Assembly (NCBI RefSeq): GCF_000315625.1
Contig: NW_005434655.1
Coordinates: 342,393-406,392, forward strand
Direction of reading: 5' to 3'
Length of the DNA stretch: 64,000 nt
Source of the DNA: Guillardia theta CCMP2712
Taxonomy: Eukaryota > Protista > Cryptophyta
The notes under the pieces are model-generated. The model saw only the letters and a list, made by a program, of their open reading frames with translations. It had not been told where the DNA came from and did no database searches. The position numbers and the translations under genes are program-made. Within the stretch, counting starts at the first letter, position 1. Each line of letters begins with the position of its first letter. This document shows positions 25,642-38,324 of the stretch, one piece after another.

Positions 25642-27092
25642 ATGGAGATAGATCCGAAAGTCTGGCATGCCACAGACTTCAGGAGCGAGTACACGATGCG
25701 CATAGCAGATCAAGCGCCGAGGTTCTACTACAGGTGAGCGTGGGGGAGCTGGAGCTGCAGTCACCCCCCTTGCGCAGACGGTTCACTCCTCCGGACAAGA
25801 ACAAGTCTCACTCGCTCGTGGAAGGAGGGCCCTCTTTCCCTCCCTCCCAGCAGGTTGATGCCTGCCATGTGCATATCAAGAGATGACCTGCGACTGTCTC
25901 AGTTTCAGACGTCCTACTCGCAGTCGTGGAAGCCGGATGGAACAGCAGGTCAGCCGGGATTCTCGAGGAGAGAGATTTTTAAGGTGCTTGACCCAAACTC
26001 CAAACCCCCCCAACCCACCCCCCCAACCCCTATGCTCCACCACCACCACCACCACCACCACCTCCTCCTCCTCCTCCTCCTCCTCCTCCTCCTCCTCCTT
26101 TGTCTCCTCGTTTAGTATTTCTCCTCCTCCTCGTGCTCAATTACTAAATTTTACATTAACCTCCCGTGACATCTCTGACAGATCGGTGGCACACAAACTC
26201 AATTCGGTGACAACAACAGCCTGACTTTCAAGGAACCGTTCTCCCACACAGTCTTCACTGAGGTGAGGTCCTCCTCCTCCTTCTCCTCCTCCTCCTCCAT
26301 CCACCTCCTCCTCCTCCTCCTCCTCCTCCTCCTCTTGCACCTTCTCCTTCCCCATCTCCTGCGCATCCTTTGCCATCTCTCTCGTCCCCTCCTCTTCACG
26401 ATTCTTTATTCTCTCGTCCTCCTCGACTCACATCGTCTTCTCTCCAGTGCGACTTGCGATCTGTGAATGTGAGGAACCTGAGACGGGATGGGATCAAACC
26501 TGCAGGATTGAAATCCACCACGTCAGTCTTATCACCTCCCTTTGCGTTCTGTGCTGCTTACCTCCTCCTTCTCCTCCACTTCTCCCCTCCCGTTCTCTTC
26601 TCCGTCCATCTTCTCACTCAAATGTACAGGCTGCCATATTACAACATCATCCCTGGTGTTGGAAACGAGGACCCCAGCCGAGGACGATGCGTCTTCGATG
26701 CCTTCCAAGAGACGGTGAAACTTTGCGAGGAGGAGGAGAAAGAGTGATGATTGTGCAGAGCAACAAGTTTCGTGACACCAGGAGGTATTTCTGTCCTGCC
26801 CTCTCCTTCGCTCATCTTTGCTTTATGCTCATCTCGCCGTCCGCTCCTCTTGCCTCCTGCCCGACCTTCTTCCTCCTCATTCGCTTTCAGGTTTGCACAA
26901 CTCAACAACCCGAGGATCCCCCGCGGTCATCAGCTCAACCCGCTGACGGGAGAGGTTCCTCCCTCCCCCCTCCTCCTCCCTCTCCCTGACGACCCGCAGC
27001 TGCTCCCCACTCGCCGTCCCCCTCCTGTCGATCTCTTCCCGCAGAGCCGCAAGAAGCCTCCTTTGAGCAGCCTCGCTCAGGTCCTGCGGTAG
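25642..27092 (+). CDS. Hypothetical multi-exon protein, possibly axonemal
   Basis: Many small GT-AG exons: MEIDPKVWHATDFRSEY, FQTSYSQSWKP, LPYYNIIPG, HQLNPLTGE. The family guess is weak. Confidence 0.45.
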
Positions 27093-27389
27093 CACCAGCG
27101 GGTCGCTTCTGATCCCCTCGCAGGTCAGGCCAGCAGATTGAGAATGAAGCACAAAGAGAGGAGAAGAGGAGGAAAAGGAGGGGATGTTGTTTGTGTGCAT
27201 TGGTTGCAAGATAAACTTGAGAATTCTTTTCATTCCTTCCTGTCTCTCTTCACTTCCCCCTCTGCTTCCGGTTTCTCTCTCCTCTTCGTCGGAAGTTTGT
27301 CCGCCTCCTCCGCCTCCTTTTGCTCGACCCTGCCATCGTGTCATCCGTGTCCATCGCCTCCTCCCAGCTCCCAGCTCACTTGCACGTGA

Positions 27390-28925
27390 TCAGCTTCCAG
27401 GGGTCTGCGTCCTGCCGCCCCGCGAGGAAGGAGGAGGGCGCCTGAACCTGCTCTCTCCGTCAGCACGGGGCAAGGACAACGTCACCATCACCGTTACAGG
27501 AGGACGAGGTGGAGGAGGAGGCTCCCGCTCGAGGAGCTGCAGATCAGAGTAAGGAGGAAGGGGAGAAGGAGGAGGGATGAACTAACCTTGTTCCTTGAGA
27601 TCTCGTCGGAGGGGATCAAAGTCGGCATCTCGCTCTCCACCTCCTCGTCTTCGTCCTCCTCCTGCTGTCCTCTCAACTTGCCGCATCGTCTACACAAGAT
27701 CTCACCGATGCCGATGCCTCATCCTCCTCCTCCCCCGCTTTCTCCTGCCCTCCTGCCCCTCCTCGCACGTCCTCGTCGTCGTCGGAGATTGGCTCCGTCC
27801 CTGCAAAGGAGAAGATGAGGAGGGAGCGAGAAGAACTTCGCCTCTTACCATTGAGCAGAAGGTACTGCCGATCATCTTCGTCCTCTCCATTGAAGAATGA
27901 ATCATACTAAATAAAGCCCAACAATTAGCCTCCTCCTCCTTCTCCTCCTCCTTCTCCTCCTCCTTCTTCTCCTCCTCCTCCTGACCTGCCGAAACGGGTC
28001 TGTGGTGAACACGCTGCATTCCGAGTAAGTCTCTGACTTGACAAGAGCATGCCAACCCTGCCAGCAAACTTTTCATCTCCTCGTGTCTTGCTCTTCCTCT
28101 ACTCTCAACCCCCTCCTCCCTCTTCTCTTCTCACGCTCTCCACGTAGATTCTTCTCAGCTCCGCGTCTTTCAGAACCCGATAGGCCAGGCTGACAATCTT
28201 GAAATTCTTGGTCGCAGCTTTCTGCCGTTCCTGCTCGATTCACGTCAACTTGTTTGCTTGTCCTCCTCGTGCTCTCACCCTCTTCTCCATCTCTTCCCTG
28301 TACACACTTTCTTCTTCCCCCAAGTCTTCCAATGTCTGTGAGCGATCATCCCGCAGCCAACCACAGCAATGGCTCACCTTCACCAACTTGAACTTCCTCC
28401 TCCTCTCCTCTTCAACCTCCTCATAACAAGCATGGCAGACGTCGTAGGTGTCATTGCAAAGATGGTACCATCCTTCCTCCACACCTGCTCCCGCCCGTCA
28501 CTCCAACGACAGCACAATCTCTCGTCCTACCCAGCTCGTTTCCGCATTCATCGCAGACGACGGGCTGGCTTCGGAACTTTGACGGATGAAATTTGGTTGA
28601 CTGCAGGAGAGTAAGAGGTCTGACAGTTCAGTTTTGAGGGGAGCCTTCTTGTGGTAGGCGGCTCGTAGACGAGTCTCCAGGTCAGTCGAACAATCTCGGG
28701 GAACACCCAACGCATGAAAGAGATCTATTTCTTGTGCTGCCAATCCATTCCGAAGCGAAGAGAAGAGAAGAAACAATCAGAAAGGGAAAGATAATGGAGA
28801 TGTAACCCAAGTCAAGGTGGGACTGATAAGGGCAGAGTGTTGTATCACGATGACAAGAACACACCTTTCAGCATCTCCTCATCTTCGTCGACTTCTGAAA
28901 CCTCTTCTTCATCGACGGCAGACAT
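27390..28925 (-). CDS. Atypical J-domain protein (HPS motif) with inserted ZZ-like zinc finger
   Basis: DLFHALGVPRD...LRAAYHKK|STKFHPSK...CDECGNELGVEEGWYHLCNDTYDVCHACY...KNFKIVSLAYRVLKDAELRRIYVES|GW...DPFRQ|YDSFFNG. 3' end uncertain. Confidence 0.75.
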
Positions 28926-29022
28926 CTTCAGTAGCTGGATGAGAACCAGTCAGCGTGTGCTCAGGCCTTGTCGAGGTGTCAATCTTCTACCCTGATCCGT
29001 CCGTTTCTGCTGTCTGACCTCC

Positions 29023-29106
29023 ACCCTTCCCCTTCCCCTTCCCCTTCCCCTTCCCCTTCCCCTTCCCCTTCCCCTTCCTCCTCCTCCTCCTCCTCCTCCT
29101 TCCCCT
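29023..29106. repeat. (CCCCTT)n-(CCT)n polypyrimidine tract in the divergent J-protein/HAD spacer
   Basis: Directly visible. Confidence 0.85.
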
Positions 29107-29238
29107 TCCTCAGTTGAGTCGCATCCTGCAACTGCACGTGCATTTTCGGCGCTAAACTTCGCCTCAGAAGTATTTTTGAAAGACAGCAGAGAGGATCTTG
29201 TTTCCATTATTGAGCTCCAAGGGCAGCAGTTGAGCGAC

Positions 29239-29898
29239 ATGGTGGTGAAGATGGTTTTGTGGGACAACGATGGAGTGCTGATGGACACAGAGGGCTTGTT
29301 CATGCTGTCGAACAAGCAGGTTCTCTCTCAGCATGGTATCGAGCTCACCCAAGAAGAGTTCTGCGACGTCAACCTGACGCAAGGAAGAAGTGTCCTCGAG
29401 CTCATTAGCCGTGGGGATGAAGCAAAACTCGACGAGCTGCGAGCTCAGCGAGACGAGCTGTACAGCCAGCTGCTGTCGGGCAGCGACTGTCGCATTCCTG
29501 GCATGCTAGATGTTGTGAAGGCTGTGGGGAAGACATGCCGGATGGCCATTGTGACGTCGAGCAAACGAAATCATTTTGAGCTCATGCACAAGAGTTCGGG
29601 CATCGTCGAGCACATGGAGTTTTGCCTTGCGTCAGGGGACTACCCGAGGTCGAAGCCTCATCCTGATCCCTACCTCGAGGCCATGCGAAGAGCGGCCTGC
29701 TCTCCTGATGAATGTCTCGTGGTTGAAGACTCTCCCCGCGGCATGCAGGCTGCTGTGGCTGCAGGCATCCGATGTGTAGTCATCCCGAATCCTCTCGTCG
29801 CGGACAGAGCATGGGAGGAGGCAACTCGAGTAGTCCGTACGCCTCAGGAACTTCTTGCTAGCTTGCAAGAGATTATTCTTGCTGCTTCCAATTCCTGA
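29239..29898 (+). CDS. HAD-superfamily hydrolase, subfamily IA variant 3 (beta-PGM/CbbY-like); intronless
   Basis: Motif I WDNDGVLMDTE, motif II IVTSS, motif III KPHPDPY, motif IV VEDSPRG. Confidence 0.9.
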   Translation: MVVKMVLWDNDGVLMDTEGLFMLSNKQVLSQHGIELTQEEFCDVNLTQGRSVLELISRGDEAKLDELRAQRDELYSQLLSGSDCRIPGMLDVVKAVGKTCRMAIVTSSKRNHFELMHKSSGIVEHMEFCLASGDYPRSKPHPDPYLEAMRRAACSPDECLVVEDSPRGMQAAVAAGIRCVVIPNPLVADRAWEEATRVVRTPQELLASLQEIILAASNS

Positions 29899-29974
29899 CA
29901 AGAAGAGATTTTGTAAGAAACCATTTGGGCTGGCTATGAACACATGACTTATCATGACGACACTATCGCTTAAT

Positions 29975-32926
29975 TTATAAATCGTCTTCATCTTCGCTCG
30001 CATACTTTGCACGCACACGTTTCCTTTTTGGAGATGCTGGTCCTTCAAGGTCGTCGTCGCTCTCTATTGTTGTATTTCCCCCGGCCTGTAATCCCTCATC
30101 TTCTTCAGTTTCGCTTGTACTTGAACTCGCATCAGTCTCCTTAACAACTTTGGATTCGGCTTGAATGCTTTCTGCTGACGATGTCTCCTTGAAAAGAACA
30201 AAAGAAACGTTTCCATTGACAGAGTCTGTGGCTTCTTGGTAACAATGGTCCCTGTCAGAAGCATCGATCCAAGAACCACTAAGGCAGGCATATCCAGCAA
30301 TTTTGACTTGCCCACCACTTTCGTCGGGCTTCCCCAAGGTTGGTGCAAGTAAATCATAGGTATCGCAAGATGTGTTCTCTGAAAAAATAAAGATATCCTT
30401 CAGATCACCTTGGTCAAAATGACGATTTGCATCGCCAACATCGTCCATGATAAGAGATTCTAACTCTCCTTTTCGTATTTGTTTCTGGAAGATCCGCTCT
30501 TCAATAGTGCCTGTGGTTAGCAGTCTATACACAAAGACTGGTTTTGGTTGACCAAATCTCCATACCCGAGCCATCGCCTGCAAGTCATGCGCTGGATTCC
30601 AAGAAGGATCCAACAGAATAACTCTATTGCCTCCAATGAGATTCAAACCAACTCCTCCAGCCTTTGAGCTTAACAAGAAAACGAAAATTCCAGAGCTTGG
30701 GTTATTGAAAGAAGAAACAATGTCACTTCTTTTTGAGATCTCTGTACTTCCATCTAGACGAACAGTCTTGTACGATAGCTTTTTGCAGATAGTATCCACT
30801 AAGTCCAATGAAGTGGTGTAATTTGAAACAATTACAACTCGATCATTGGTTGAAGCTTTCACCTAACGACAAGTTAAATCACAGGGGCTAAGATTCAGAG
30901 GAGATGTAGAAACCTTTTCCAGAAGGCAAAATAGAAAATCTAGCTTGCCACTATGGCAGGGATCCAAAGGTTCGTAATCACAAGGAAAGAATTCGCGGGT
31001 GTTGATGTCAAATTTCAGCGAGATATTCGAGTTGTTGTTTTGCTCATCCTCGATTTGATTTGCTGTCACTAAATCTGGGTGATTTAAGGCCTTGGTCAAT
31101 TTGGAGATGATTGTAAAGACAACCTGCCCGCTATTACCTTCTATTGCCTGTAAAAAATATAAGAATTTTTGCGGCAAAGTACATTTTTATACTTTTTTCA
31201 GCTCAGAGCTACTCAGAAGAGATTTGTAAATTTTCTTTTGCAAAGGGCTCGGCCGGCAAAATATAACTTTTTCGTACTTTGGGGGCATCTGAGCTACAAT
31301 GTCTTTAGACGTTCGTCTCAAAACAATAGGAGAAGTTCGCTTAATGAGTTCCTTGAGCCTTTTCTTGCCAATCCTCTGCAAGTCCTTGGAACAACTTTTG
31401 TCTCGGCTTTTGATAATTGCATCTGCAAAAATCTTCCGAAACTGTTTTGGTGCACCTAAAGTACCAGGACAAACCCAGTTCACCATAGCATAGAACTCGT
31501 CAAGATCGTTTTGTACGGGAGTTCCAGAGAGAAGAATCCTCATTTTGCAAGGAAGTGCATTCAAGGAGTCAATTGTTTTGTTTCCATCAATATTCTTCAA
31601 TTTCTGACCTTCATCACACACGACAAGTTGAATGTTTTGATACCTTGAGAGCATTTGAATATGCCTCCTCAGCATATCGTAGCTAATGATGAGAACTCGT
31701 TTCACATTTCCCTTCACAAAATCATTTACATCGTTTGATGCGTTTGTTCCACCTTTGGTAATGGCTTGAGCACTTAAGCGTTGATCCCCCAACCATTTTT
31801 TAATTTCATTTGCCCAGTTGAAGACCAATGAAGAAGGGCAGACAATTATTGCTTTTCGAACTATTGGATCGGTAAGGGAAAATGGAGATTGCTTCATAAG
31901 GGTCCAAATAAGTGCAATACTCTGTAATGTTTTTCCGAGACCCATTTCATCGGCCAAAATACAGCCCGAAACTATTGAGTTTGGATGTTTTGTCATCAAA
32001 TTCTTGTACAAAAATTTGGTGCCTGCGATTTGATGAGGTTTCATGTGCATTCCTAGCACGGGATCCAAAACCACCAAGAAATCATCGTTCTGGTCATCGT
32101 TCAAGATGTGCGCATGCTGACGGGAAGGGTCAATAGAAAAGTTTTTGGTAGCCTTGCACATAGGTACGAATTCTGATGTAGTAGATTTTGAAGAAATATC
32201 GATTTCCATTACATCGCTCTCATTTGACAATGGAAGGGTAGGCTTGCCAAGAACTGAGCGGAAAGGTGCATTTTTGGCCCTTACGTTGCTTGTTTTTGTT
32301 GTAGTGGTGGCGATACTCGCTGCTCCAATTTGAATGTATTCGTCTTCCGTGATTTCTTTTACGATTTCACATTCATTGTTCCCGAAGAACGTGAAATTTC
32401 CTTCTTGTAAAGAGGTGCCCTGAACATTCTTTAAACCTTTCGAGATGGTGCTGCCATCCTGAGATTGCAATTCGTAGCTGCCATTCTTCACAATTAGGAC
32501 ACCATCATCCCATACCTTGTGCTTCTTCTTGCTCTGCTTTGTCCAAAAAACCTCAAAAAATCTTATTTCTGACTCTTCCTTGGAATTTGGCATCACGACT
32601 GCGGGGTAAGACAAAGGCTTCTTCAAACTAGAGGGCATTCTAAACGCCTGTTGCAGTGAAATCTGCTGACTATCAGCCGAGGAAGAATCATTTTTCTCTT
32701 GTCCCCCACTGTAACCTTCCAAAGAATTGACTGTATTGATGTTTGTTATTGAATTGTCAACTTTATCTGCTGTTGAAGTTCGGATGTTGCCTCCGATTGA
32801 ATCCATCCTACTGTCAGGTATCGATACCTGTGTATTGGAATCGCCATGCCTAGGAAACAACGGCTTGAATCCACAAGACAAACTTCCGACGCTAATTCGC
32901 TGAGAAGGAGCCTGCGAACGTCGCAT
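29975..32926 (-). CDS. RAD54B: RAD54B/Rdh54-like SNF2 DNA translocase
   Basis: N-terminal KKHKVWDDGVL, GCILADEMGLGKT, VCDEG, LSGTPVQNDL, LLSSKAGGVGLNLIG, WNPAHDLQAMARVWR. Two short introns near 31145-31190 and 30863-30915. Confidence 0.92.
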
Positions 32927-33341
32927 CTTCGATGAGAGGATACCAACCTTTCTCTCGTTCTATTGAGTGCCAGCTATTGCGTCCTCTGCCTTTCTTTCAT
33001 GCATCTTGTACTTGCTCCTGTCTTCTCTTCAACATCACGTGTTCTCACTCATTTTTCCTGCCTCACCTTTCCTTCCTTGTTCCCCCCCCCTGACCATCTT
33101 CGCTCATCTCCTCGCTCCATCTCTTACCATTCTTCCACAACCACAAACTCTCTACTCTTCCCGCCAAAATCCTCGGAAGTAGGTTAACTAATAAAATAAG
33201 AGTGTTGACTACAGACGTGTTATCTCAACAAATATTGACTATAGATCCTCGTATGCGATTCAACGGTGAACCGTCTGATGTAGGGCCATGCAGGAGAAGC
33301 AACTGCGCGGCGACTGAGGAGAGGGGACGAGGGAGCGGAGC

Positions 33342-33403
33342 GGACAGGACAGGACAGGACAGGACAGGACAGGACAGGACAGGACAGGACAGGACAGGAC
33401 AGG
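33342..33403. repeat. (GGACA)n microsatellite
   Basis: About 12 tandem copies. Confidence 0.9.
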
Positions 33404-33557
33404 AGAAAATGTTTCAGACAGGCAGGCAGGAGCACTTCAAACTGATAGAATGCATTGGAAAAGGCTCATTACGCTTTTAGGATTTACACTTGGAACCACC
33501 AAAGACGTCTGAGGGAGGACAAGAGAGCCAAACAAGGCTGGTCGTCCTCTTGAGAGA

Positions 33558-34024
33558 ATGGCAGGGCAGACGGTAAGCGATTCATGTATGATGGAATGAA
33601 GCCTCATGGCTTTCATCGACCAGGGAGAGGTCGACGAGACGATAAAGAAGTTGTCCTCCTATCCAGGATTCATCGGCTACTTGATCACAAATGCTGATGG
33701 CATCCCCATCAAACATTCGTGAGTTGTAAGCAACCAAGTCGTTGATTTTGACCGATTGCTCGTCTCCAGATTTGAAAATGATCGAGCAGAAGCGATTCAG
33801 TATGCGGGTTTGATCAGTTTGCTGGCGTCCAAGTCAAGAAGTGCAATCCGTGAACTAGATCCACAAAACGATGTCACTTTCCTTCGACTTCGATCGCTCA
33901 AGCATGAGATATTGATTGCGCCAGGTGTCATGTGACGGGTGATATCGCTATGCAGAATGACATCCTCGCAGATAAAGAATACACCTTGATGGTGATCCAA
34001 AAGCCTGTTGACAAATCGTCATAG
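33558..34024 (+). CDS. DYNLRB: Dynein light chain roadblock/LC7 (4 exons); missed by the ORF track
   Basis: MAGQT|GEVDETIKKLSSYPGFIGYLITNADGIPIKHS|FENDRAEAIQYAGLI...RELDPQNDVTFLRLRSLKHEILIAP|DKEYTLMVIQ. Confidence 0.93.
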
Positions 34025-34099
34025 CCATGCTAAAAAGCTTATGATGCCGCAAATGCGTAGAAAGTGTATTGAAACACCGCAACTCCTTAACATCGAACT

Positions 34100-36069
34100 C
34101 TAGTCTCTTCGCGTATGCAGACGTTTGTTTATCGCAATCTTGAGGTGCTGAAACGAGCTGGAAAGAGGTAGAGGAGGACGAGTAAGCTGAAACATGGCAG
34201 GAGCGAGGTTCACCTTGAAATCCGACCCTCTCCTAGCAGACATGCAACTCTCGCAACCTCGCGTTGAAAGGAGTCGTACACACTGACATCAAGGTCAAGA
34301 TTAGATCAGATCCGATGCTCACCCACGTGGGATGAGACAAGCCTATGCCGCTCCCCAGTCCGCGTGTTGACAGGTGGCAATCACACGGACGTGTGGCCTC
34401 TCGCACCAACCTGGAAGAATGCATGATTTCCTTCCTGAAAGCTTCAAAGACTCACTGGTTGAGCTGGTGGTCAAGAGATTCGATGAGGCGCATCAGAGAT
34501 GATAGGATCAGAGTAGCCATCACCTGATGCGCATCAACCTGGTAAGCACCACAACCAATCACGAGCTCGACTCACCTTGTCTCGAGTGCCAACAAATGAG
34601 TCCTCCGCTCCTCTCTCACATTCTCCATCTTCTCCCACCTTTCCTATACATCTCATGACAGTAATATAAATCAACCAGAAAGAACAAGAGCACGGATGTT
34701 CCGAGGAAAGAGATTGCTTGAGCGACATGAAGGACCCGAAAGTGATCAAGGCGGCAATTGTTCCAGAATGATGAATCGTAGACTTGTTCACTCTTTGAGC
34801 GAGGTCAAATATGCAAAATGATAAGGCTGTTGAATTCTTGTCGCTCACAAATTTCTTGTACATGTCGTTGAGACTGACTTGCAAACTTTTCTCTTCTCCC
34901 TGGATGGCTAAGTCGGTCGTATGGAGTTGAAATTCGAGGAGAGCGAGCAAGGAATATGACAGTGAGTTCAGCTCTTCGGAGCTTGCGATATCGTGCAAGG
35001 CATGAAAGGATGCACTTTCCTGGTAAAGACTGACAATGGCCGCGACGTCATCAAAGTCAGTCTGCGTTAGATTCTCGCATCGCTCAGGCTGCAACTTGCA
35101 AGCCAGACCTTGATGGAGCAGCATGATCAACAGACTCTCACACCTCGTCCTCTCCAACAACCGAAACAAGGCAAAGCGAGTCGCTACCCTCGACCTGAGC
35201 CAGAGAGACTCGCGCCCTCGCTTCACGACTTGTCGAATGCCATGCAGGTCTTGGATCCCCGAGGTTTCGCTTCTCCTGCAGACCGAGGGAGCCAAGCAAT
35301 CACAAGTCACGATCTTGTGAATGAGCGCATGCCGGTCAAACAGCTGATCGTCTAGCGTTCGTAACGCCGTCACCTCCTCGTCTGACGCTTCGAAAATATC
35401 GCTCGTGCTCTCCAGAAACTCGATGAGCTGCAGGAGGGGATGGTCGAACTCGCTGCTGGGTATCCGGCTTCTGACAGTCTGGAGGAGGCGAGACATGCTT
35501 CGAGTCAACCAGGGAAAGAGCTCAGATCTCTTCGGATGCACGTGAAGTTCAAAGAAGAAACTCCGCAGGGCAGCAGCAAATGGGTAGCAGCCTCCTCCCA
35601 GACTCCCGCTTGCCTGCGCCTCCTCTGATTGCGTGTTCCTTCTCGTCAGCACGAGAGCTTCAAAAAGGGGTTGCAAACGCTCGGGGAAAGAGCTTCGAAT
35701 GACAGTCTTCTTCATCTCCCGGAAGAGCACCCTTGAGTTTGCAATAAGGGATTGGTCTTCACTGCATCCCGCGTGCCTGTAAGAGCAGGCGATAGCTAGC
35801 GCAAGCTCGCACGCGTTTCGTATGTTCCATGAAGGTCTGGTTTCTGATCCTTCATGCATCGAAAGATTCTGCGGCAACTCCAGTTGCGAGAAAGGAGGAC
35901 CCAGATTCCTGGCAGACTCTACCAACATCCCACGACACAAGGATCCTAATTGCTTCCTATCTCTGCATACTCCTCTCTTTCTTCCATCCTCACTCTCAAC
36001 CTCCTCATCATCATCCATCACCGCCGCCATTAAGGCGCTCTGAACATCAAGGATCCCGAGCTTCGCCAT
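34100..36069 (-). CDS. Hypothetical alpha-helical protein (>550 aa)
   Basis: Long Leu-rich ORF at 34534-36177 plus downstream exons. No motif recognised. Confidence 0.65.
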
Positions 36070-36688
36070 GGCTGCTTTCGGCCATAGAGCCCCCTGAATC
36101 ACAGTGGACCCACCCTTTAAAGTCCTATTTCCTTCTGCTATTTCTGAAGTAAATTTGGGGGTGGGGTGGCATTCCAAAGAAAGACGAGGAGGAAGGGCAA
36201 GAAGGAGGGGAGGGGAGGGGAAGACAAGGGGAGGAGACAGTGAGTAAGAGGAGATGGCGGGGAAGGGAAGGAGAGGAAAGGATGGGAAAGCATCTCAGAG
36301 AGGAGACAAAAGTGGCGTGTAGAGGATGTAGGACACGTTTTCTTACTAGCATTGCACCAGGTTTGGCGATGCAGCAGCTGAAGCAACTGATCATTCCTGC
36401 GTCTCTTATGTTCCGCACTCACTAATCTTCTTGTATCCCTTGTACCCCTTGTTTCAACATCTGGCGATGTGTACGTCCCAGCAACCGAGCAGCTTTCATC
36501 CCCCCCCGCCCTCATGGATGTCTTCTCCTTGCTTTATACAGACTGTCAGAACTCAGCAGCACATGCTGAGACGATGCGACGTGGCGTTCTGTGAGAAGCT
36601 GCATGGGCCCCAGGCTGTCTTTCATGGGGTGAAAGGATCGAGCGAAGCCAGTCGTGGCTCGAAACCATCCTTGCTCGCCCCGTTGTCC

Positions 36689-37069
36689 ATGGCCTTCAGC
36701 TCTGTCGACGCGCTGCACATGGCCTTGCCAGTCTTCGGTGCTGCTTTTCTTGCGGCGATCTTCCTGTCCTTTGCCGCCTTTCTTATCTCATGGCTGTATC
36801 GCCTCATCTTCGTCAACGCCTGGGCCTTTCTCATCTCCAAGATTCCCAACAGTCTCATCGCTGCCTCGGATGAGGACGGGGAGAGTCCTCAAGGCCGATG
36901 GAGCCGAACACCTGCGAGAGCAAGACAGACTGCCACCGTCAGGAAAGAAGAAGAGATGCTTGCTAGAGGAGGAAAGGAAAGGTTGAAACCAGCAGGTCAG
37001 CCAGGAGGGGCTGACCTGCTCAAGAAGAACAAGGTGGTCGACGATCGTCCCGAGGCAGCAAATGTCTGA
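36689..37069 (+). CDS. Small hypothetical membrane protein
   Basis: Long hydrophobic N-terminal segment followed by a charged tail. Confidence 0.5.
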   Translation: MAFSSVDALHMALPVFGAAFLAAIFLSFAAFLISWLYRLIFVNAWAFLISKIPNSLIAASDEDGESPQGRWSRTPARARQTATVRKEEEMLARGGKERLKPAGQPGGADLLKKNKVVDDRPEAANV

Positions 37070-37146
37070 CATGTGAGCTTGCACATCCCCACTGAATGGA
37101 ATGCAGTTGTCTTGTTTGGACGCGTGGCAAATCAGAAGAAGTAAAG

Positions 37147-38195
37147 ATGATCCTGAATATGCGATGCTACAACATGTGAGCTAGAGGAGGATCACGGTCA
37201 GGATCGAGTTGATTCGTTTCTTCTGTTGTACAGGTTGAGTTCGGCATGAGCATTGAGTTGCCTCTCAATGGTGTTGGTGTTCTTTTCACTGCTGGAGGCG
37301 GCACTGTTGTCAAAAGGTACTCTCTCCCTCTTGATCTCTGCTTCTTTCGTGATCAGCTCCAAGGTGCTGGCCTGACGGGACCCTTTACGACCGATTCGCC
37401 TTCCGCACAGGGACGGTGCTAGTGAAGGAGGAGAGGAAGGAGCGAGGGAGGAACGTGGTGTTTGCGGATTCTCTGCGGGATTTTTTGGGCTCTCAGAGCC
37501 AGAAGACGATCGGAGAATGGAGCTTTCAGCTAGAGGAGAGCGGGCGAGTGCTGCTGGGCCATGACAGGGAGGTAAGAGCAAACCAGATGGTGGGGGTTCA
37601 GTGAGAAATCCACAGGAGCTGCTGCTGCTGGACGATGGTTTTGCTTTCTTCGGGGAGGAATCACGAGGAGTTCTGGTCCGGAGGAAGGAGGAGGTGCAGG
37701 TGATGGACTCGTCCTCCCTGCTTCGCATCGTCGGAAGATCTTCAGACGCGATCGTGAGCAGCATAGTGACCTGAAGGAGGGAGACGGTGATGGCGACGCT
37801 GCAGGATCGACAGCTGGAGCGGAAGAAGAGGAAGAGGACGCAAGAAGAGGAGAGCATGCAGGAGATTCCTGAGGAGCTTCTCTGCCCCATCACCAGGAAG
37901 ATGATGAGAGATCCTTGGATAGCAGCCGATGGCTTCTCGTATGAGGTGACCAACCACTTCTCTCTCCTTCCCCTCCCCCCCTTTTCTCACACCTCGCACA
38001 TGCAGCGCGAGGCGATCGAGGAGTGGTTCAGCAGCAGGGGCGTCCGCTCCCCCAAGACGGGGCTGCCGCTGCCGGACGCTAGGTGAGCCCGCGCAGGAGA
38101 AGCATGGCCTAACCTGCTGGCGCAGGTTGGTTCCTAACAACGCGCTTCGCTCGCTCATCGTCTCTCTCACAAGCGACGCCGATGCCTCCCAGTAG
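37147..38195 (+). CDS. U-box domain protein (E3 ligase-like); 5' end uncertain
   Basis: IPEELLCPITRKMMRDPWIAADGFSYE|REAIEEWF...SPKTGLPL...|LVPNNALRSLI. Confidence 0.85.
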
Positions 38196-38324
38196 CAGCG
38201 ACAAGTCGAAGCGAGAGAGCCTGAAGCCAAGAGTTGATGTTGGGACCAAGACGACGAGGGAGGGAGGAGAAAGGGAGCAATGTAATGTACTGTTGACATG
38301 GACATGAAGAAATGAAGGTCAGTG

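Noticed and set aside
29023-29106. Telomeric repeat
   Set aside because: Short, internal, and grades into (CCT)n; an ordinary polypyrimidine tract.
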